Assembly (NCBI GenBank): GCA_012295275.1
Contig: CM022665.1
Location: 41,292,001 to 41,356,000 of the forward strand
Source: Chrysomallon squamiferum
Taxonomy: Eukaryota; Animalia; Mollusca
Direction of reading: 5' to 3'
DNA: 64,000 bases
In this document: piece after piece, positions 56,449-64,000 of the stretch
How the letters are laid out: each line of letters starts with the position of its first letter
Numbering within the stretch: position 1 is the first letter of the stretch
Made by a program: the position numbers and the translations under genes
Notes under the pieces: generated by a model
Databases searched by the model: none
What the model saw: the letters and a program-made list of their open reading frames with translations, nothing else
What the model was told of the DNA's origin: nothing

Positions 56449-57170
56449 TTTTGGGTATATGAAACAAAGTACAAAAGTTGCCTAAATATAAAATTATAAG
56501 AAAAAAATCAAGGTGAATGAAATTTTGTGATGGAAACTGAAGAGTGAATGACATTGAAATGGTTTAATAAACACTGTGTGATACCTTTTCAAACAGGTGT
56601 TGTAAGCCAGTGCTAATTTGAACAATACACCAATCTTCTCATTAATAAAGGTGTCCAAAGAATCTAAATAAAAAATATAAATTTAAATAAATAAAAAACT
56701 TACAAGTAAACAGTGTAATAAGTAAATAAGGAAACAAATTAGTAAACAATTAAATAAATAAATAAATGATTAAAGAACCTAATAAGTATAAATATGATTA
56801 GACACAAATAAAGATGTATTTAATAATAATAATAATAATAATGAACATTATTAACTTCTAAAATTTCTCATAATTATTAACACATACTGAAAAATGATTT
56901 GTAGCCATACCACAACAGGCTTTCATTTATTTGTGACTCTTTATTCAAACATATGAAACCGAATAGGTGTAGATTTAACCTTTTTAACACATGGTTAAAT
57001 AAAACATTTATTTCTTCATCCAGCATATAATCAAGTGTCTGGATATATATTACTTACTCACTTTTAATTAACTCTCTTACTGTTGACAGAACATTCTCAC
57101 CAACATCAACCAAAGTCTGAATGGCTTTCATTACATCATTCTGGTCTTTCCCAGGGCTGTTTGTAGACAT
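51806..57170 (-). CDS. SELENOL: Selenoprotein L paralog A, complete, 303 aa, two Sec (UxxU)
   Basis: Exons 57170-57062, 56663-56585, 56198-56145, 55558-55507, 55135-54902 (UGA at 54946-54944 and 54937-54935), 54587-54465, 54116-54078, 53448-53350, 52241-52134, 51820-51806 (TIEV-TGA). 912 nt, all GT-AG and phase-consistent; SECIS immediately downstream. Confidence 0.92.
54902..55135 (-). CDS. SELENOL: SELENOL paralog A catalytic exon with UxxU (two Sec)
   Basis: RQWDDVLKDIDKKINQENTEVVNVGQEGPIDVPLVDARTGKTVTIKEYLGEQTVILVALRHFA-U-LP-U-RDHVKDLMARQ. Confidence 0.92.
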
Positions 57171-57363
57171 TGTTACTAATTCTTTAATTAATATTCTGTA
57201 ATAAATAAATAAATAAATACAGAAATAATGAACACATAAAATTATAATATTTAATATGAGTGGATCTATTATGAAACTAATTAAGGAACCCCAGAAGTGA
57301 CATTAGTCCATATTGTTTCAGAATTTTAATCAAAATCTAACACAGCCGTGGTTAAATTTAAAA

Positions 57364-57394
<31 letters not shown>

Positions 57395-57769
57395 AAAATG
57401 TATGACGACCTGTCATGGTTGAACAAGCCCAATAAAGAAGAAAACAGATTACCCAGATCTTGTTGCTGCTTGTGAATGGCCCCCCATTGTACATTTGCAT
57501 TGAATTCACATATACATTTGTGGTTATGTCAAACATACATACATATATACATACATACGTACATAGATGCATGCATGCCTTCGTATGTACACATATCTAT
57601 AGAAATATTATAAATAAAAATTTATAATTAAATCCATTAAATAATAAATAAATAAAATGATTGATTTCACATATATTTTTAAAATGAATTGTTCAGTTCA
57701 GCACATTGTAACATATTATACATACTATACTGAATACACATCACAAGAACTTTGACGATGAGTAAATAA

Positions 57770-58790
57770 AGATAATCACGTACGCAATTCACTGTTGCTA
57801 TAATATATCTTTTCTTGCTTCAGTTTGCTTAGGTTACTTATATTGCCCCAAAATATATATATATTTCAAGAACATGAGTTATTATTTAGTATTTTAACAG
57901 CTACGTACATTTGGTGTGTCCATTACATCATCACGATCGGTCCGTAACCAAAACTATACTTGTCCTTATCTACATCCCAGTTAGCTATCGCTTATTTAGA
58001 GGTCATCAAATTGTTATATCTAACCTCCACCTTTGTTATGTTTGCTGTCGTTTCGAAGGGATCATCAAGTATGCCAAGATAATTCGTGAACTCTTGATTT
58101 TAAAATGCTTCTTTCATTAACCCTCTCCAATAATCATCCAACAAAAATAAATTTAAAAGTAAAATATAAAAGGTAAAAACTGATAGTGATTTACACACCT
58201 GCAGATACGCACGCGTATTGATCCGTAAACGCCCCCCTTACTGTGAGTTGAAGTTGCAATCCTTATAATTAATTATACGCACGAGCAGGTTTTCCTCTGC
58301 TGGGTACGTCTTTACGCATTACTAGATATTAACAACACCAAAATAAAAAGGAAGAAAAAAAATCCATTTCATTAATTTGTAACAGGCTGGTATTAATGTA
58401 CAGTAATGATCTAGTGTGCATGCGGTTACGAAATTAAAGGTTTGCATTGAGCGATTTTATTTCTTTACCGCATGTGAATCTGACACCCATAAACGACAGA
58501 CATTTTTATAAAATAATGTTTAAAGTCCCAGTTCGGTTTCGCAGAACAGCACTTGCACTTGCGATGTGGACGTTTGGGCGATCTTTATGGTCTACCTACC
58601 CGTTTATATCCATTAGCATCAGGCAATGACCGACCAATTATTAGCGTGAACCGCCCCACCCCACCCCCCAAAAAAACCGCTTATAGAAACTTTGTTTACA
58701 TTAATTTTGTTACAGACTGTGATTCCTTTTTCGCGCCATTTAAAGTTTTTTTGTGACGTGGCGCGCCATTTGTAGCTTAGAGTTGTGACA
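57770..58790 (-). promoter_or_regulatory. Putative CpG-rich promoter / 5'UTR region of SELENOL-A
   Basis: Local CpG enrichment between two CpG-poor gene bodies. Two GCGCCATTT (YY1-like) sites at ~58733 and ~58763, TTTTCGCGC (E2F-like) and TGACGTGG. Possible 5'UTR donor CAG|GTGTG near 58198. The ATG exon has its own acceptor (TACAG|57196), so a non-coding exon lies upstream. Confidence 0.5.
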
Positions 58791-58811
58791 TTTTCCTGTT
58801 TTAATATTTAG

Positions 58812-58846
<35 letters not shown>

Positions 58847-60360
58847 TTTTTTTTTAGAAATTTAAAATAATTATTACATAAATAATAACAAAAATACTTT
58901 AAGGTTAAAATAAATTCTTTACTGCATGATTCATTATAATTATTTCCATTTTTATTAACATCTCCATGTTAAATAATTTATCACAACCCAGTTGTATTAT
59001 GTTTACAGTAGCAATTAAGATTCCAAAATAACATCATTTTTAGGATAAGAAACATAGTGTTTATAGAACAATTCTAGAGATTTAAAAATAAGTACACATA
59101 TATAGTGATACTGAATAAAACCAGCTCATTGCCATTATATTTTCATGTTTGAAAATGATTAATTTATTAATATGTAGGATTATGTACCATGTAGAACCTG
59201 TCTATGGGATGTAACAATAAAATAGATCAGCTAAAATTTATGAAAAATGATCACATCATTGCAGTGAATATAGTTTCAAAATTAAATTAATTTCATTATA
59301 AAAAATTATTATTATTATTTTTTTTTTTTAAATAATCTTTTGGGAACTGGGTGATTATGAGATTGCACTCTATTATTTGCAAAAGAATCATCACAGGAGG
59401 TTCAACAAAAGTTAGTTGAAACTTATTTCATTGAACACATCTGAAAACATTTAATTAATTGCAATATAATTTTAAAAAACAACGAAACGAAATGCTTTAT
59501 AGATTGAGAATTCTGTAACCAGAATTATTTTTAAATTTATAATTTTATAAAAATTTCTCCATATGAAATCACATCATGATCAAATGTCTGCCTCCATGCA
59601 TTCCTCATGAGCTTGTTGTTATAGTTCATTCTCAGCAAACATCAGACAATAAATCATGTAAAACAATCAAAAATACATTACACCATTTGGATGTATTGTC
59701 AAAGATGCACTTTATAAGTTGAAATATATAAAAAAAAAAAAATTTAAGTGCAGGTTTTAATCAAAATTATATCTATAAACAACAAAAAATATTAATAATA
59801 AAAAACAGTATTTATTTAGGAGTTCAATATGAACAAAACCACAAATGTTATTAAAAATGAAAGTGTCACATTACTTTGAACACAGATTGAGATTAATTAT
59901 TCTGATGAACATCTTGTATTCTTGATAAAAAAATTAAAAATAAATTTCTTCAGTTAGGTTTAAACAAAATTTTTTACTTGTCTTAATTAAGATCAAATGG
60001 ATCTAAGTAATAATAATTATAATAATAAAATGAGAATAATTATTCCAGAACAACTGAGAGAAAAAAACAAAACTAAGATCAGATGAATGTTAATAATAAA
60101 ATGTGAAATTCAGTTAAAAAATTATTCCAGAATAATTTACAGAACTCAAAATAGAGAAAATGAAAAAGTCGTAATAAAATAAAATAATAAAAAGATTTAT
60201 AAAAAAAAAGAAATGAAAGTTTTCATGAACATATAAAATTAAAAATAAGTTCTTATCACTGATCTAAAACTCTACTGCACAGACACTGGCAATTCTGAAA
60301 GCTTATTTGACAATGCACCTCAGAAATTCCAGTTTGAGGAAAGGTAAATAAAAATTTTAT

Positions 60361-60952
60361 CTATCTCTTTTCAACTACAGTAAATGTCAACAGGTAACCT
60401 CCAGTTCCTGTCATCTGCATGTTGGGATGGGTTCGTGCTGGCAAAAACAAAAACAGAATTAATAAAATCCATGAGCACAAACATATATATATATTTTTTG
60501 AAGTTGACTATTCAATTTTTAATAATAAAGTAAGACAATATAACAACAAAGTTGTGACATTTTCCAGTTTTACTTGACCTCGTTCCAGGTGTAGAAATGC
60601 TGCCACAAAGTTTTAGAAAGTATCAGTATGTATGCATCCCCATAAATGGTTGTACATAATATTATAAATAATTAAAACAATATCTTTGATGAATACTATA
60701 ATTTGTTTAAATTGCATGTCTGTTAATGTCACCAAAGATACATTTGAAAAATAAATGAAAATGAACTCTTGAAAGTGTGAAATACAGAGATGTATGGTAT
60801 GTACCTGGTATTCCCTGAACCATGTTTCAGTCAACTTCAGTTTGAGTGCCAGGCCACTTGTCTTCAGCTTGGTATAACAATCAATCAGTGGCTGGAAAAC
60901 AAAACAAAAAATAAAAAAATTAATAATTATAAAATGATAGTGATAATAAACT

Positions 60953-60997
<45 letters not shown>

Positions 60998-62822
60998 AAA
61001 AAGAAAACAAAAATGTTTTGATATTTTATTAACAATTTGACAAAAAATACAGTTTTCTGCTCTTCAGTCAAAACAGCATGTATTTCTTCTGTTGCTCATA
61101 CAGTGAAGTTTTAGTTCAAAACAGCATGAAGTTTTATTTAATCAAACTTTTAAGTACTGTTTGTTAAATTTCACCAGATAAGTTCAATGTTGGTGTGATT
61201 TTTTTTATGGATAAGAATAACATTTAGAATATGGAGTACAGGTACATGACCATTTATCTGGCTTCCAGAAAACCAGCTTCAGAAGTCTGTTTGATTTGTA
61301 TCTGTTAAAACACAATTTTATTCATTACTTTTCATTCTTTATTTTATATTTTATGTGTATGTTGACAATATCCATGGCTCTAACTAGACTCTTTTTGAAA
61401 TGAGGCAAAAGCACTTAATCGCTGAGTGGAGCTGGGCAAAATAATTTGGGCGAGGGGTCTGGGGGCTGACTAAGGCCCCCAGAAACTCTGACTTGGAATG
61501 ATGCAAAATCCTGTTTGATATCTGATGTCTTTGAAGTCACTTATGTCTTTCATTGCAACGATGTCAGCAGACTTAGAATGGTAACCATAGATATAAACAA
61601 ATTCATTCAGTAGATATTGTTTCTATCAGAATAGAGATTTATATTTGATATTTAAAAAAATCAAAAAAATCCTCAATTTCAGTATGAGGTATCTGCCTCA
61701 ACGTAGTAATGGCCATGATATCAAGCCACATTAAAAAAAAAAAATAGTAATAATAATAATAAAATAAATTATAAAAAATGGAAAAATAACAACAATTCAG
61801 AGCACTCCAAGTCCCAAGCTTACTGGATAAATGATCAGGTACCTTTATTTATTATGCAGGAAACATTTTTATTTATTTATTTATTTTTTATTTTTATTTT
61901 TTTCACAGTTTTCTGATTTACATAAATGATAATTATCCTAATTTTTAAAGTTTCACTAATTGTTTGAGAATCTACTCTAAATTCAGTTTACAGGTGTTTG
62001 TTTCATAATTATTCATTACTCTTAAGCACAGTACTTTTTACCTACCTCTTTGTACTGTGAATATACTACAACAGGTCTTGAAGGAGCCATGAACTCAAGG
62101 AGATTCATGACAATTGGAGTGGGATGGTTTTTACTTGCAACAATCAAACTGAAAAAAAAAAAAAAAAAAAAAATTATTTAACAAAATTTCATGGAATTTT
62201 ATGTACCTGAGTCAGTAAAGTATAATTGTTTTTGAAATATTATAATTCACTTTTACAGATCATGCTATCCAGGTAATATATAATGTAATAAAAAGATTTT
62301 ACATACATTATCCAGTTAATATTGTTTTTCTCTGATCACCTGGACTTGTCAGACAGATATAATATTGATAAGTGAAGCAGGTTGATAAAGATGCAAAACA
62401 AAGATCTGTCAATAATAGCATATTTTTTAACATGAAGTAAATTACATTTTGAAATAACAACTAAGCACTATGGGTTAAATCTTTCTTAGACCTGGCTAGC
62501 TGAAAGAGTGCAACCTCAACTTGACAGAGATCCATAAAGAAAGAAAGAAATACTAAATTAATTAACTGAAGAATGCTAAATCCAGTTTAATGATAGTGGC
62601 AAACAGTTCACCAAATGAGTAATTAACATAAACAAGAAAATATTACCAATCAATATTTCTCTCTAGTAAAATAGCTTTAGCTTCTTCCAGCTGTTTTAAC
62701 CTTTGCTGCTGTTCCTTCTGCTTTTCCTCCTGTTAAAAAATTGATAGCACATTTTAATATAAAGAAAAAGTATTTATTTTTACTCCATTTTAAAAACAAT
62801 TTCATTGATTTGCTATATTTAA

Positions 62823-62858
<36 letters not shown>

Positions 62859-63792
62859 TGTTGAGGAGAGTGGTCTTTCGAAAACATGTAGAATCATTTA
62901 TTTTAATCACCCACTGTTCCAGAGAAAAAAAAAAAAAAAAAGCTGTTATAAAACATAAGTTACTTCTGATTTTGGAGGCTTTTTCTTTCCTTTACGCTTT
63001 ACATCAGTGACTGATTCTTCTTTCATTTCAGTTTCAGAATTACCGGACTGAGCTGGTGTTTTAGAGTTGCCTTTCTTTGACGGAGTGCAGTCTTTATTAG
63101 CAATTTCCACCGAATTGTCATTCTTTGTATCTGAAACATTTTCTCCAGTGTCCATATCTACAGTTTTTGTTTTTGATGTATTATTTAAGTCAGATGAAGA
63201 TTCTTCTGAACAAGTTTTTGTAACAGTTATGTTCATTGGTTCACTTGATGTCTGTTTTTCTAATTGCTGAGAATCCTTTTCTTTAACTGGTTTATCAATA
63301 ATGTCAGTTGATGATTTTGCTTCTGATTCTGTAATCTGAGAATCAGCTTTATTTTGTGAACTTGAACATTCACCCACTTTTGATGAATTTGATTTCAAAT
63401 CCATTAACTTGTTGAGTGGGAAACTAAATAAAGTGTCTTTGTATTCCTTTGGAAAGTCAAAATAATCCATTACATATCTGAAAATAATGAATAGTGATGT
63501 AACACAATTAAAACCAAGTATCTAAGAACAATTTATATTTTTCATAAAATAGTTGAACACAGATGAAACTATTCAGTCAAGTGATCCAATGGTTTATCAC
63601 TTAAAAAATAAATAATTTAGAGAAATGTGCCTACTGACAATATTCCATACTGAAGAAAAAATTAACTAAGGATTTATCATCAGTAACTTGTTTATCAGTT
63701 ATAACCAAATTTAAATTTTATTAAATTAAAAATAGGTTTCTGTCACCTGTTTAGATCTGATCCAGGAAAGAGTTGAAGTACCTTTCCACAAC
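60361..63792 (-). CDS. TRMT6: tRNA (adenine-58-N1)-methyltransferase non-catalytic subunit TRM6/Gcd10, 3' part (5' exons lie beyond the window)
   Basis: Exons 63792-63747 (CGKVLQLFPGSDLNR), 63477-62964 (YVMDYFDFP..FPLNKL plus low-complexity insert), 62729-62647, 62148-62046 (LIVASKNHPTP..APSRPVVVYSQYKE), 60891-60805 (PLIDCY..LTETWFREYQ), ~60447-60361 (LPARTHPNMQMTGTGGYLL..TAG). Matches the TRM6 C-terminal signature (LIVAS..HP, APSRP..VY..YKEPL..CY, ETW.R.YQVLP.RSHP..GGYLL). Confidence 0.9.
61373..61717. mobile_element. Non-autonomous DNA transposon with 5-bp TSD (hAT5-like?) in a TRMT6 intron
   Basis: Imperfect TIRs CATGGCTCTAACTA / TAGTAATGGCCATG, flanked by the direct repeat ATATC (61368-61372, 61718-61722). 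Internal GGGGTCTGGGGGC...GCCCCCAGA hairpin. Confidence 0.6.
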
Positions 63793-64000
63793 CTACAAAA
63801 ATATAAAAATGTAAAAAAACAAACAAAATTAGAATGTATCTAATACTTTAGAATATAAGTCACTTAATATTTATTTTAATGATTCTTTAATACATTATAA
63901 AGTGCTCACATATATAATTTTGTAATAACCAATAATAATCTGATACATTTTTTGGGGAATATTCCTTCAATTTACTAGTTATAGAGTACAGGTGGAACTG

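Overview
AT-rich, microsatellite-dense, intron-rich animal DNA, probably a marine invertebrate (a gastropod mollusc is my best guess, from one SINE-like repeat and the gene content). From left to right: (1) a class C GPCR of the GPR158/GPR179/CG31760 type on + (11 coding exons, 12575-25658; N-terminal exon not found). (2) A minus-strand cluster of selenoprotein L (SELENOL) genes that the ORF track misses, because each has two in-frame UGA codons in the motif RHFA-U-LP-U-RDH (UxxU). It holds a complete paralog A (57170-51806), a diverged paralog B (47551-41011) and a near-identical, 5'-truncated copy C (37868-34775) made by a ~6.2 kb tandem duplication (31911-38230 / 38228-44406). Each copy has its own 3'UTR SECIS, and the SECIS of A has a non-canonical UUGA core. 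(3) The 3' half of TRMT6 on - (63792-60361). There are also several MITE, hAT and SINE remnants, minisatellites and long simple repeats. Exon boundaries were read by eye and checked for phase; no database searches were run.
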